64,000 nucleotides of DNA from Vezdaea acicularis. Taxonomy: Eukaryota. The stretch spans positions 62,001 to 126,000 of the forward strand of contig JAPEUI010000037.1 of assembly GCA_026025075.1 (NCBI GenBank), given 5' to 3'. Positions 1-11,885 of the stretch are shown here, piece by piece. The position numbers were made by a program, and so were the translations under genes. Below the pieces are notes generated by a model. The model did no database searches. It saw nothing but the letters and a program-made list of their open reading frames with translations, and had not been told where the DNA came from. How positions within the stretch are numbered: position 1 is the first letter of the stretch; every line of letters begins with the position of its first letter.

Positions 1-403
1 CCGCAGGCGTGACGCCGTACGAGGCGAGGACGGATGGGTATGCGAAGCCAGACGAGACGAGGCCGTTCGAGGACGCCACCTGGAGGCCACGATGAAGGGT
101 GCTTTCCGTGGCCTGGCCTGGGGATGTTGAGGTTGGTGCTATGGGTTCCTGTTCGTCTAGAGCTGGAGCAGAGCGATCGATAGGGTGTGGAGCTGGGGAG
201 TCGCCCATAGCAGAGTCTCGAAGTGCTGCTTTCTCTTCTTCGGCACTCAAGTAGGTCTGAGGCTGGGCCGAGGTGAAGGCCATTTCGGGGTTGACTACTT
301 CAAAGGGACTCTCCCTACCAGAATGCTCATCGTTTTCGCTGTAGGCGGGGAGGGGTGCTGTAGGTTCAGCGGCCGCTAGGTCTTCATTGACTCTTCGAAC
401 CAT
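1..403 (-). CDS. 5' part of a hypothetical fungal protein (runs off the window's left edge)
   Basis: ATG at 403 opens a frame that stays open to base 1: MVRRVNEDLAAAEPTAPLPAYSEND...LHRGLQVASSNGLVSSGFAYPSVLASYGVTPA. It has no stop within the window, so it is absent from the ORF track. Confidence 0.6.
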   Translation of the reverse strand, partial: MVRRVNEDLAAAEPTAPLPAYSENDEHSGRESPFEVVNPEMAFTSAQPQTYLSAEEEKAALRDSAMGDSPAPHPIDRSAPALDEQEPIAPTSTSPGQATESTLHRGLQVASSNGLVSSGFAYPSVLASYGVTPA

Positions 404-1391
404 GATGATTCAAATCCGAATACGAGGAAATAAGTACTTATTAAGTATTCAAAAGATGAAATCGTTCAAGAACTGAGAATGAGAATGAGGCTGAGTATGA
501 TCAATACTCTTAACCTGCTTAGGTATCCACGGATTGAGAATAGGAGTGAATGGTGATATCGCGCATTCTAAATATCACCAAGTTGGGGAACCCGCATCAA
601 CTTTTATATCAAACCCCCCAAAAACCGACCACATATCCTCGCCCCCCTTCCCCACGCAAGCCAAATCTCCACCTTGCGCGTTCCCTCCCTGCCTATCATC
701 GCCTTGCCCACGAATTACGCGTACGTGGAAGGAGCAGTGTAGGAGAAACATCTCTTTGGTGATGGGGCTTGCGCGTTCCAGGGGCGCGAACGGCCGTAAA
801 GCAGCGTTAGCCGAGTGGGAAGGAGGCTTCGTCATCGGCCGTCGGCGTAACGAGGCGCCGCGTCTCGGGCGAAAGCGAGGGGATTGTTGCGCCGGGAGTT
901 TTTTTCCGTCGCGGGTGAGTCTCCCGAAGCATTTCTGGGTTCTGTGGGGTTTCTACTTTTTTTTTGCCTTTTTCGGCTTTTGTGCTTGAGTGAAGGCATG
1001 AGGATCACGGGGTTTGAGGCGGAGGAGATGGAGGATGAGATGGGCGCGGGAGGCGTGTTGCGCGGCTGGCGACGTGTCGTGGTTCAAGGAAGACCTGGTC
1101 GACGAGATCATGGAATTGGACGCCGCGCTACTCGAAGGTCACTGAGCTAAGCATGAGGTTTGCAGGGGATGAGCTACACTTTATGGGGGTAGTTTAACAC
1201 TACGAAATGATATGTTCGGACAGGGCGCTTTCCAAAGTCGATGCCGCCGGTGCCTTATTCACCGCCCCATTCCTAGATAAGCGTAGTCTTCCAATTGCCT
1301 GGTTCTGGGAATCCCTTGAAACGCCTTTTGAGGAATTGATCAGCCCTTGAAATACAATAAGAATGCTCTGCCGCCCCGTGCACCATTCCCT

Positions 1392-2195
1392 TCACATGTC
1401 CTCGTGGAAGATACTCCGCTTCTCCTCTTGATTGCTGCTCACGCTCAGTTGCGATCGGTGACCTCCACCTGAAGACCCTTCGACCGGCCTTGGACTAACC
1501 CCCCTAAGACTCATATTGCTCGGCTCTGCTGCGTCGTCGAATGGATCGTGTCGCGATCCTCTTGCTGTTTCGGCGTCATACCTCTCGTCCAGACCTCGCT
1601 GCGAGCCTCCCACCATGGTAGGTGGCTCACGACTTCTACTCCGACCTCTTGTCACCTCTCCGTCACCGTAGCCCGGGAGCGCTGCCTTTTTGGTTGCAGG
1701 CCCGCCGTATCCGCCACCCCCGTAAGATGTGTCGACGTTGTGAGTGCTGTGCAAACCAAGCTCCTGCTCTTCATAATAACCCCCCGGTCCGTATCCGTCG
1801 GCCTCATGTCCAACTCTGGCATCCCATGCCTCATCTGGATCCAAGGGGCCGAACCCTCGTGTTGTGTGCCTTCCTCTCGTATCCGCTAGGGGCTCTTCAT
1901 AGGCGCCTCCCGCGGTGCGACTTCGTCGATTCTTCAGCGCTTGGAATTTGTCATTGAACCACCCTACGATACCGCCAGGCGCGGGTGCTGGATAATTTCG
2001 CGGTGCCGATGACTTCTTGAATGGGATGTAGGAGGAAAGTGGTGGTGGAGGAAGGCCAAGGCGGCGAGCGCGTAGTTGCGTGAATGCAATCCAGGCTACT
2101 ATCCCGATGATGATGAGGATGATGAGTACTATAAAGAACGTTGCAACCCCTGAGATCCCATGATGGCTTTCTGGCTTTTCCTTTGTTGCGGCCAT
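1392..2195 (-). CDS. Conserved fungal single-pass membrane protein with a disordered cytosolic tail
   Basis: First ATG is at 2195 (MAATKEK). One strong TM helix (VATFFIVLIILIIIGIVAWIAF) is followed by RARRLGLPPPPLSSYIPF and FGPLDPDEAWDARV, which are typical of a conserved Pezizomycotina hypothetical family. Confidence 0.75.
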   Translation of the reverse strand: MAATKEKPESHHGISGVATFFIVLIILIIIGIVAWIAFTQLRARRLGLPPPPLSSYIPFKKSSAPRNYPAPAPGGIVGWFNDKFQALKNRRSRTAGGAYEEPLADTRGRHTTRGFGPLDPDEAWDARVGHEADGYGPGGYYEEQELGLHSTHNVDTSYGGGGYGGPATKKAALPGYGDGEVTRGRSRSREPPTMVGGSQRGLDERYDAETARGSRHDPFDDAAEPSNMSLRGVSPRPVEGSSGGGHRSQLSVSSNQEEKRSIFHEDM

Positions 2196-3452
2196 CTTCA
2201 AGCGTGATGATTGAGCTTTGTGCACGGCGAAACGTTGCTGAAAATTGAAGCTGAGATCAGGACAAACCGCGGCTGTAAGCTGACATGCGGTTCTGGGGTT
2301 GGAGATCACGTGCAAGGCGAACTCCAGACGTGGAAATAAGGTCCGTGCTGGAGGCTCTTGGCACTCGGCATCCCTTTTCTAGTTGGTTGATTGATCTATC
2401 TCATTAGCATGATCAAAACATAATGCCCTCGTCGCAGATGCTGTCGGTTTGCCGTTATCTTGAAAGGATCTCATGGCTGTTGCCGGTATTCCATTTCTCG
2501 ACAGCATAGCCCCGTCTCAACTATGGTGGCTTACACTCCTTGTCCAGGACGACAGCCTTGTACATAGCTACATATAGCTATAGTGCACCTATGCAGCATG
2601 GGATAAAGCTCCGTCAAAGTACTGACTGTTGGCAAGGGCAGCGCGCAAATTCCAAAGTACCATATCTCGCTGCAATCAAAAACCTGACGCGATTGATATA
2701 AAACCTCCTATGGAGTGGGACCGTTTCTCGCGACTTCACCTACAATGACCAAAACCTCGATGGCGCCTTTGCCATGCTGAGACCCATAGCCATCTCCAGA
2801 CATTGTACGGTGATCCAGTCGAGAAATAGATGGACCGTTGATCGAGAAGAAGAAGACGCGATTCCTTCGACTGCAGGGCCTATCTCATGCATCCAGCGTT
2901 TATGCAAGCCGGAGAGGCTCGCGCGTAGGATGAGGGACGAGGGATTCGGAGCCTGGGCCTTTCTCCCCCGTCGGTAGCCAATGTCCGTTCGGTCGCTCGC
3001 CTAACCTTCCCGTCTAGGCCATGGATGGCCTTCCGGCGTCAGGCTCGCCAGGCAGTCCGAGGGGGCTGTGAGGCCATCAAATAAGGCTGTCGTGCTCATT
3101 CGGGAGCTAACGTAGCGAATGCCCCGCCAGCCCGTTCTCTGGTACTGCACTCCGTACCGTCCGCTCCGCCGGCCTCGCCCATGCGCTCAGAGAGCTCGCC
3201 GACCTTTTAACCTTGGCACTCCCCCACCGACCTCTTACCAATGTACCCCTCGGTCTTGCCATTTGATGTTCACGTCGTATCGATACCCGACCTTGTTCCT
3301 TCGGAATGCGCCTTAGCCAGGACTTAGTAAACCAGAAGTACCCGTGTCAGCTCGAGGACCCTCCGAGTCAGACGTTCTGTTGGCATGAAGTATGTAGGAC
3401 AACGCCTGCCTCACCTCGGACGAGTCCCTCAGGTCAAGAACCGCAACCCACA

Positions 3453-6266
3453 ATGAATTCGAACATCATATCCGGCAATGCGACTTCTGGTGGGCTCAGT
3501 GAAGGTAAAACTTCACCTTCGACAAGCGCTTTTCCAGAAGATCGACCCCTCAGCCTGTCCCCACCGTCCAGCACGGCCGCGGATTCGAGGCCTGACAGCA
3601 TCGTGAGCCGGTATGGATCTATACGGGGCACCACGTATCGCAAGTCATTGCCTCAAACCCCTCCATCGGAAGTAGAATCATTGAGATCACATCAGATGGT
3701 CCCAACTCCCTTCTTCCCGTCCCCATCGCTCAGCATCGTGACACCAACTGCCTCTCCTATAATCAACACCAAAGGCCATCCATCATCAGCAAGTAGCGAG
3801 AATGCCCCCGAACATGTAGTAACGACGGATACTTCGCAAGAACTTACTGACGACAAAATCGACCATCTGCGATGGGAGGAGTTTTCTCCACCGAAGGAGC
3901 TGCTATCGATGGACGATGGTCTTCCGAAAGAGCTCGCAGATATCGTTCGCGACTCTGTGGTTAGACAGTGGGAAACTGCCAAAGCTGCTGAAGAGCGCCG
4001 CCGATCAGTGAGGCCAGGCTCGATTGTCGATGACGGTCCTATGCTGGCGAATGAAAGCGAGGGATTTGAACAAGCTGGCCTCGAGGTTGTCCCTGAGACA
4101 CCTGCAGTCGCTCTCCCTGACGAGGCGGAGCATTTAGGTCGTGACCGAAAGTCTAGCAAATCACACGGAATACCTGGATTGCACGGATTGCACGGCCTAC
4201 ACCTGCGCCACTCTGCGCATGAGACGGTCGTATCACCGACGTCCATAGGCGGCTCAAGCAATTTCGATGCATACGCCACATCAGTCTCTTCAGGGGGTTC
4301 TGGTGAGAGTGGCAAGCGGAAATTCTCTACGAGTCGCACCATTAAGAGGACATCTTCTGAAAAGACCATAACTAATGTTCCGGTCGGGCCTGTGAGTGCC
4401 TGCCAGGGAATATGCCACTAGCTCAAAAGCTTCGCTGACAATTTGGACAGATGGGCTTCATGGCCTATAACGCCTCTACAGCCACCCAGGAGCGATACGT
4501 TCCACCTAAGCTTGTTTCTCCATGGGCTGTCAAGATCAAGAAATTTAAAGAACGTAAAGGGCAGGCAGAGGTCCAGAGCGAATGTATTGTGTGCACAACC
4601 GAGCTCAAGAACAAGAACTTAATTGAGCTCGGTTGCAAACATAAATACTGCAAGGGATGCTTTGTCCAATTCGTGACGTACACATCTTCCCTCCTTGATC
4701 TCATGGTCTCCACATTAACCCTCGCCAGGATGACTATGATGGATGAGGCCTCGTTCCCGCCGAGATGCTGTATGACAGAAGTCCCAGCCAAAATGATCGA
4801 GGCATACCTGAGCCATGACCAGCGAGCCCTCCTTAGACAGAAAAAGAAGGAATACTCGATAACAAGTGAGGATCGCTGGTACTGCCCCAGCCCAGCGTGC
4901 TCCAAATGGATCGACACGACGAAAGGCTATTCAAAGACCGACATGAAATGCCCCGACTGCAAGACCAAGATCTGCACCATCTGCCGTGGAGAAGCGCACG
5001 CGGACGCGGAGGCCTGCCCTCAAGACTTTGCGCTCGAAGCCACCCTCCAAGAGGGCGACCGGCAAGGTACGTTTGCCCACCCTTGACTTCCCCCTCCCCC
5101 TTTAAACTCCCGGCTAAGTTCTGCCATCCCCCGCAGGCTGGCAACGATGTTATAAGTGCCGCGCTCTTGTTGAGCTTTCCGTCGGCTGTCGGCACATGAC
5201 ATGTAAATGTGGCGCCGAATTCTGCTATGTCTGCGGCTCTGTCTGGCATACCTGCGACTGTACGGAAGCGGACCAGATGGCGCGCCAGCAAGAAGCGCAA
5301 GCGCGCCGTGACCACTTCGACCTTGAGAGTGCCGAAATCGCTGCCGCCATCGCGGCCGTCGAGCGCGCCCAAGAGGCCGAAGCCCTCGAGGAACGCCGCA
5401 GAGAGAATAAGCGTCGCGCCGACGAAGAGGAAAACCGTAAGAAAGAGCTCGTCGTCCGCCGCAGGAAGGAGGTACAACGCCGCGAGGGCCTGGAGCGTAA
5501 GTTTGCAGACTACCGCAAGCAGCTGCAGTCGATACATGAGGGCCAGAAAGAGATGATGAATGCACGCCACGCCGCTGAGCGTACCGAGATGGCAGATGCG
5601 CGCAGAGCGGCCGCCTTGGACGATAACAAGGACGACGGCCTCGCCGAGCTGAAGCGCGAGCTAGACGCCAAGAATCAGGAACTGGCAGCGCGCATGGGCA
5701 CCGCGCACAAGGAAGCCCTAGAGGGGATGGCGCGGCGCCACCAAGAGGAAGAGGACGACGCCTTTGTCAGCATCCACATCCGGCTCCGCGGCAAGCCGAA
5801 CCGCGAGGCGCGCGAAAAAGCCATGACGGACAAGATCCTCGCGACGCAGGCGGAGGAGCGCGAGCAGCTCGAGGAGACCCAGCGGGCTGCGCTGGAGGCT
5901 CTGCTGGCGAACGAAAACGCCGAGGTGGCGCGTCTGGAGAAAGCGGCGGGGGAGCGCAGGCGCGAGATGCGCGAGCAGCTCGCCCGTCGCGAGAAGATGC
6001 TTCAGAGGCGCGTCTGGGCCGATGGTGAGTGGTTCGTGCATGTGGCCCGGGAGAGGAAGACTATGCTCGAGGAAGAGGCTGCGAGGCAGCTGGGCGTGCC
6101 ACCTCCCGCCGCCGCGGCGCGTATTCTCCCAATCCTTACCGAAAAGGAGCGTTTGGTGCAAGATCGGCCGCTGCACCCGCTCGAGACGGAGGGGCACACG
6201 CCGACGACGACGCCCAAGACGGGGCAGCCGCATGTTTGGGAGTCACCCGCTATGCCGCTATCGTGA
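3453..6266 (+). CDS. RBR (RING1-IBR-RING2) E3 ubiquitin ligase with a long disordered N-terminus and coiled-coil C-terminus; about 4 exons
   Basis: RING1 CIVC..LGCKHKYCKGC..PPRCC; IBR RWYCPSPACSKW..CPDCKTKICTIC..H..C; RING2 WQRCYKC..GCRHMTCKCGAEFCYVC. Introns at about 4392-4450, 4678-4728 and 5067-5136. The start codon (3453 vs 3306) is uncertain. Confidence 0.9.
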
Positions 6267-7415
6267 TGGCGGGGTACACCTTGGGAGGAAAAGGGAGAGC
6301 AAATTGGCTCTTATTGCCACTCGGAGAAAGAGAATCGCAAGCTGCATATACCAAAACCCCCTTCTTCTCCCCTTGCGGCAATACTGGGGGCATCTTTTGA
6401 TTCAATCTTGAGTGGCAGTAAGCAGTGGAAATGACAATTGACTGCAAGTGGAGGGAGAATGGCGCGGAGGAAAGAAAAAGGAGAGGAAAAAAACGATCGT
6501 CGATCATAAGGTAGACCCCTCAACCAAACCAATACTTCATCATCTATCCGGCTGAGCTGGCCGGGCTGTACTTATATTATACCCCCATTCTCACGTTTTT
6601 TCCATCTCATGCCTTCTTTTTTTCTTTTTCTTTCGTCGAGATTTAGGGTTTGCGCTGTGCCCGGGATTTAGAACCCTTTCTTGTGCTGGAACCTTTTTTT
6701 TTGGGGCGTGGGATATGGGACGGGAGGGGAATGGATAGAGGGGGAGAACTGGATGGATAGATCACTAGCTTAAGTTCTCTTGGAGAAGACATGGATGGCG
6801 AAGGGTGTGGGGGGGGGGGGGGGTTACTCAATCTCACCAAAATGTTCACGTTCCTACCTCTAGCCCCCCACCCGCGAGCTCGGTCCGGAAAAAGGACGAC
6901 TCGACACTGCACAGTACACAACATCCAACCCAACCACACGAACGAAACAGTATGATCGAACATCCCTCTCATCCACCCTCATAAATGACAGAAGTTTAGC
7001 TATTCTCCAACCACCCCCCCCCTCTTTTCCCTCGTCCCTCTTCCCCCTTCAACCGTAGCATCCCGGACCCAGAAACATACATACATACACACAACCCTAT
7101 CCCCTCGCTTCGAAGCCCTTCTCCCCTCTCATCACTCTCCCCTCTCATCCCCCGGTATTCATGCATTCATCCCGCGATACTCATCCCCTAATACCTATCC
7201 ACAGTCTCCATTCTCCCTTCATCAAAATCTAGTTCGTGAAGAAAGCCAAACCACGCTATGCCACCCATCCAACCTGTCCATACGTACAGCAACGGAAACG
7301 GAGACCTTGGGGGGAAATGGTGGCACGAGGTATATACATACATATATACGTGCGAAACGAAACGAAACGAACAAAAACCCGAGGTTTGATGCACGGGTTG
7401 CGGAGGGGTGCGGAC

Positions 7416-7470
7416 GATGTGATGTGAATATATGATGTGTGATGTGTGATGTGTGATGTGTGGGATGTGT
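7416..7470. repeat. (GATGT)n-like microsatellite
   Basis: gatgtgatgtg...gatgtgtgatgtgtgatgtgtgatgtgtg. Confidence 0.8.
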
Positions 7471-7656
7471 GGGTTACTCGCAGCGACGGGGGAGTTCGTG
7501 GGTTACGATCGATTGATGCGCGCGAGAGACGGGGGTGGTATTTGATATACTACACCTTAGACCGTGGGAGGCCCACTCCACTCCACACCTCACACCCCCT
7601 AGGATCATTCATTCATTCATCCATCCACCCCGCCTGTCTGGAGAGAGATAAGCATA

Positions 7657-7746
7657 GGGAGGAAGGAACAGGGAGGAGGGAGGAAGGAGGGAGGAAGGAG
7701 GGAGGAAGGAGGGAGGAAGGAGGGAGGGAGGCACAGAGGGAAGAAG
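7657..7746. repeat. Polypurine (GGAA/GGAG)n tract
   Basis: About 90 nt of almost pure G/A: ggaggaaggagggaggaaggagggagg... Confidence 0.9.
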
Positions 7747-7814
7747 AGTGAGGGACGTTAATTCCTGTCAAACCTCACTCACTCACGATATACAAAGCCA
7801 GAGGCGCAATGGAC

Positions 7815-7903
7815 TGGCTGGCTGGCTGGTTGGCTGGTTGGCTGGTTGGTTGGCTGGTTGGTTGGCTGGTTGGTTGGCTGGTTGGTTGGCTGGTTGGTTG
7901 GTT
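7815..7903. repeat. (TGGY)n tetranucleotide microsatellite with a 12-bp TGGTTGGTTGGC period
   Basis: Direct reading of the sequence; it produces the spurious GWLA and QPTS repeat ORFs. Confidence 0.9.
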
Positions 7904-8879
7904 CATGACGCGCTGGGCTGGACTTACTACGCGTGCGGTTCTTTCATTGTGGATGCGAGCGGTCTGTATATCATGAACGATAATTTCGCGCACGTGCATG
8001 TGCATACGTGCATACGTTGAACCTTAGTTCGTCTTGTCTTCTAAGTGCTCTGAGTGTTCTGATTGGATTGAATTGGTCGAAGAGACGTCCAGAGATATAT
8101 CTACTAAACCACAACGAACAAATTTCTCCGTAAACGTCGTTCTTGATTGGAGGAGGGTAGTAAGGATACTGTGACAGTCTTCTAACTCTAAGAGGGAGGA
8201 GAGGATAGGATAGGACGGAAGTGAGAGTGGTGGGTATATATATACATCTCCCTCCTTGCTCCCTCTCTTTTTCCCATTTTCCCGCCCCCTATTTCTTCCC
8301 CGTTTCCCCATGAACAGCACCACCCAGCACGAAACCAAAACGAAAAAGAACGAAAAAGAGAACAACCGGGCCACACACGCACCACAAAGAAAACCTCGAA
8401 CGAGAAGTTGAATAGTCATAACCCCCATGACATCACACGCACCGCAAACCGCAGACTCAAGAAAGAACCCAACCGCAACACCCGTCGCGCCGTCCCAAAA
8501 ACAAGAAGAGAGAAAAACGCCGGACGAGCGCGCCAGCAAAAAACAAAAGAAACGGGGAACGCGTGAGAACGCGTGAGATTGTTGGAATAAATTGTGACTA
8601 AACCCCCCCCCTGTCCGTAGCCAGGGCTGCCTGGGTAACGGAAAACGAAAGGGGTGGTGGAGAGGTAAACAAAGAGAGGTGGGCACGTCTAATATCGTAC
8701 ATTACAGCCAGTCAACCAGTCCCGATGAAGTGGGGAATGGGACGAGGGGTGGGAGAACAGGAAAAAAGGGGCATATCATTTGACGCGTGGTAGAAAGGCC
8801 GGGGGGGTTCGAGTCCTGCACAGCCACCACAAGCCACCACAGCCACAACATCCACCAGCACAGCAAACCCTTCCATCCA

Positions 8880-11800
8880 TCACGACGACAACCGCCGATC
8901 CGTGTCCTCCCCCCGACTCTCCTCCTTCACCATCGGGACGGGCTCCGGTTTTTCCTCCTCTCTCAAACTCAGAATACCCCTTCCCTCCCGTTCCAGCGCC
9001 TGCGTCTGCGCCAACGACGGCGTCTCGGCCTTGTGCTTGCGGCTGACGTAGTCGGAGAAGGACATTTTTTTGACTGGAGTGACGACGTTGGTTGGGATGG
9101 CGGGGGAAAAGTGCGGTTGCTGCTGTTGCTGCTGCTGCGGAAGAGCAGGGCTAGGCATGGACATGTTGCCAGAGAGGAGGGGGCCGTTGGGTCCGTTGGG
9201 CCCGCTCGTAAAAGGGGACGTGGCGGTTGCGGACGTGGGCGTGCTGGTCACAGAGGGTGTGGTGGCGCCTCCAGCAGCAAAAGACGGATGAGGGGGAAGT
9301 TGGACGTGCAGGTCGACGGCGCGGTGGCCGTTGGAAAGAATGCGGGGCTTGGTGTCGTCCGGGGAGGTGGAAGGGGTGGTCGTAGAAGTCGTCCATGGGG
9401 GTGGCGGCGGCTTTATGGGGGCAGATATAGGTTTGGGGATCGCCTGTGGAGGAGGATTTGCAGAGTTAGAGAGCTGAGTATTGGCTTCGAGCGCGGGCTG
9501 GGTGCTGCCGAGGACGCTGACGTCTTGCATGACCACATCTTCTAGGGGTGGCTGGCTTGGCTCTTTGATCCACGTAGATGTGACAGGATCTTGGACAACG
9601 GCGGGAGAACTGACGGCGCCAACTACACGCTTGGACGGACGCCGCTCAGCCTCCATCTCCATCTCTTCACTCGCTTTCCTCTTCTTGTCCTCTGCAAGTT
9701 GTAACCGCTCTTCATGACATTTCTGAAGAAGCCGCTTTGCCAGCGGCACGAAGGGTTTTCGTGATTTGGGCGATGGCTGTCCCTTATACCAAGCGTCTTC
9801 TTCCGGGTCGGTCTGGCAAGACGCATCGACATAGTTGGGTCGAAACGTTGATGACATTGCATGCGGCGAGAACTTTGTCGGCGACGCAGAGGTTGGGGAG
9901 CCAGACATTCGGTTGCTAGTCCCAGCGTTGATATACTGCGGTCGCGACGATGTTGCAGGAGTGGATGGTTGAGAATGACCGAGCTGCTTCTTCATGGTGA
10001 CATTAGCATGAGCACTGAAGGCTGATGAGGTGCTAGATCTTACGGATTGGCCGACACCAGGCGTTCCACTATTAGAGCCTCCACTCGGACGCTTCTTTTT
10101 TCTTTGCGCCTGGTGGTCAAGCTGCTCAAAGTTCCGCTCGGCTGCAGCGATCTTCCTCTTCTCGCGATCCGACAACTCGGGTCCGCCAGTTGCAGTCTGC
10201 ATGTTGTCGGTTGAATAGTGAGTCGAAGGCGTGAGATCTCGAGCTGGGTTGCTTCGAATCGAGTCCGAGGTGGATCGGCTGTCGTCCTGATCGTCGTCGC
10301 GATCACGTTGGTTCAAACCTTCGCTGCCTGCACGGCTGTTCGTAGCCTGGCCAGTACTGAGAGGCGAGTGGTGCTTACCCTTGCGCCCTTTCTTAGGCTT
10401 GACGCCATTCGTGAGAGGCTGTGTAGACGGGCTCCGAAGGTCGAAGGGCGCAAACATGCAAGCCTTGGGACTGCCACATGCACATCCTCCAAAATTGGCC
10501 AACAGCCGACAGACCCACGAAGACATCGATTCGTATTCGGCGTCGCTCAGAGTTTCGGCCTTTATCATTGGAGTGCTGCGCTCTTTCGGATTGACCTTCT
10601 TGAGACACTCTCGAGTATATTCATCCAGATCCCATGCAATCGTCACCTCTTGGCCCGGTTGCAGTTCTTCAGACGCATGGAAGCAAAAGTGACATTCAGT
10701 CCCATTTGCGACCAGCGACTTCATCGAGGCGTTTGGTCGACAGCTTCGTCTGATGTAACGGCATCGGCTGCCCTCCTTCCGCGTGTCAATGTAGATGGGT
10801 AGGCGTGGGTGGAAGAAGACGAAGGGTGCTGGGTGCTTCAGAAACGCCCAACGGTTCGCTGGATCTTGACGGTATTCCTCGACGTATCCTATGCAGCCTT
10901 TGAGTTCACCCACCACACCACCCTCTGGAACGAAAGAGTCGACGGCAAGATATTGCCAGAGAGGAGTATGACCGGACGAATTGTACTCGAAGTCTTCTTT
11001 TTGCAGCCTCGATATGCTAGGAACCAGGTTTTCCAAGGGCCTATCCAACCGCTGGAAGACCTCGCGAGGTGAAAAGCCATGGGTCGCTTCCTCACAAGCG
11101 TCTTCATCTTGGATCCATGAATGAAGATCATTGATGAGACGCATGATGGAAAAGATGTTTCCCGGTGTATCTTCCTTCCCGGGATCCTCTCTGTACAAAC
11201 GGAGGAATTCCGGACTGTACATGTCGTAGTGAACCCCATTGGGTGCATCTTGAGGGGACTTGGACGGGCTGGTCGAGCGGTACCGTGGAGCCGCTACCTT
11301 TCGATCGCCGAGGACGAGAGAAGGGCTTTGCTTATTGTGGAGTTGTGAACTGATCGAGCTTCCACGTATATGATTCGACTTGGGTTTTTTCGCAGGCGGC
11401 GGTTGGTCTCTCGGACTGCCTGCTCGTCGGTCGGTAGAGTCCTGCTTGTCGTAGCCGTTCACATGGCCACTATGAGACCCTTCCTTCGGTTTGCGCTTGT
11501 GGCTCTTCGTATTCGGTCGCTTTGGTTTTCGATCACCCGGAAGCTGCTGTTCTCGTCGGTTTCTTTGATGTTCCGTCGCATGTTTCTTGTCGAGCACCCG
11601 TGGCTCACAGTCCACACAGCTGTGGGGATCGAATTCGCCTGGTACCTTTCCGTCTGGGTAGTAACATGCGGTATGCTGCCATGTATCGCAGTGTTCACAG
11701 AAGATGGTCTTGCCGTCATCTTCTTGAAAGTCGCAGATGCATTTGATAGTGTATGGCTCTTCCTCCTCGACGGGGGGTGGTCGGACCGAGCCATTTGGTG

Positions 11801-11885
11801 TAGAGGATGAGGTGGATGTCGAGGTAGTGACCGAATTGAGCAAAGGCGCCGTGTGCGTATTAGATGTGTGAGGGATATCAGTCAT
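8880..11885 (-). CDS. SET3: PHD finger + SET domain protein (Set3/Set4-like)
   Basis: PHD finger IKCICDFQEDDGKTIFCEHCDTWQHTACY..HSCVDC. The SET-like segment IDTRKEGSRCRYIRRSCRPNA has RRSC in place of the canonical NHSC, as in the Set3/MLL5 group. Probable in-frame intron at about 9990-10043. Confidence 0.85.
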   Translation of the reverse strand: MTDIPHTSNTHTAPLLNSVTTSTSTSSSTPNGSVRPPPVEEEEPYTIKCICDFQEDDGKTIFCEHCDTWQHTACYYPDGKVPGEFDPHSCVDCEPRVLDKKHATEHQRNRREQQLPGDRKPKRPNTKSHKRKPKEGSHSGHVNGYDKQDSTDRRAGSPRDQPPPAKKPKSNHIRGSSISSQLHNKQSPSLVLGDRKVAAPRYRSTSPSKSPQDAPNGVHYDMYSPEFLRLYREDPGKEDTPGNIFSIMRLINDLHSWIQDEDACEEATHGFSPREVFQRLDRPLENLVPSISRLQKEDFEYNSSGHTPLWQYLAVDSFVPEGGVVGELKGCIGYVEEYRQDPANRWAFLKHPAPFVFFHPRLPIYIDTRKEGSRCRYIRRSCRPNASMKSLVANGTECHFCFHASEELQPGQEVTIAWDLDEYTRECLKKVNPKERSTPMIKAETLSDAEYESMSSWVCRLLANFGGCACGSPKACMFAPFDLRSPSTQPLTNGVKPKKGRKGKHHSPLSTGQATNSRAGSEGLNQRDRDDDQDDSRSTSDSIRSNPARDLTPSTHYSTDNMQTATGGPELSDREKRKIAAAERNFEQLDHQAQRKKKRPSGGSNSGTPGVGQSVRSSTSSAFSAHANVTMKKQLGHSQPSTPATSSRPQYINAGTSNRMSGSPTSASPTKFSPHAMSSTFRPNYVDASCQTDPEEDAWYKGQPSPKSRKPFVPLAKRLLQKCHEERLQLAEDKKRKASEEMEMEAERRPSKRVVGAVSSPAVVQDPVTSTWIKEPSQPPLEDVVMQDVSVLGSTQPALEANTQLSNSANPPPQAIPKPISAPIKPPPPPWTTSTTTPSTSPDDTKPRILSNGHRAVDLHVQLPPHPSFAAGGATTPSVTSTPTSATATSPFTSGPNGPNGPLLSGNMSMPSPALPQQQQQQQPHFSPAIPTNVVTPVKKMSFSDYVSRKHKAETPSLAQTQALEREGRGILSLREEEKPEPVPMVKEESRGEDTDRRLSS

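Noticed and set aside
3434..6233. Long antisense ORFs over the RBR gene (also over SET3, FAS2 and FAS1)
   Set aside because: They are shadow ORFs expected from GC-rich codon bias, with no recognisable motifs.
7748..8020. ORFs with GWLA and QPTS repeats
   Set aside because: They are translation artefacts of the (TGGY)n microsatellite.
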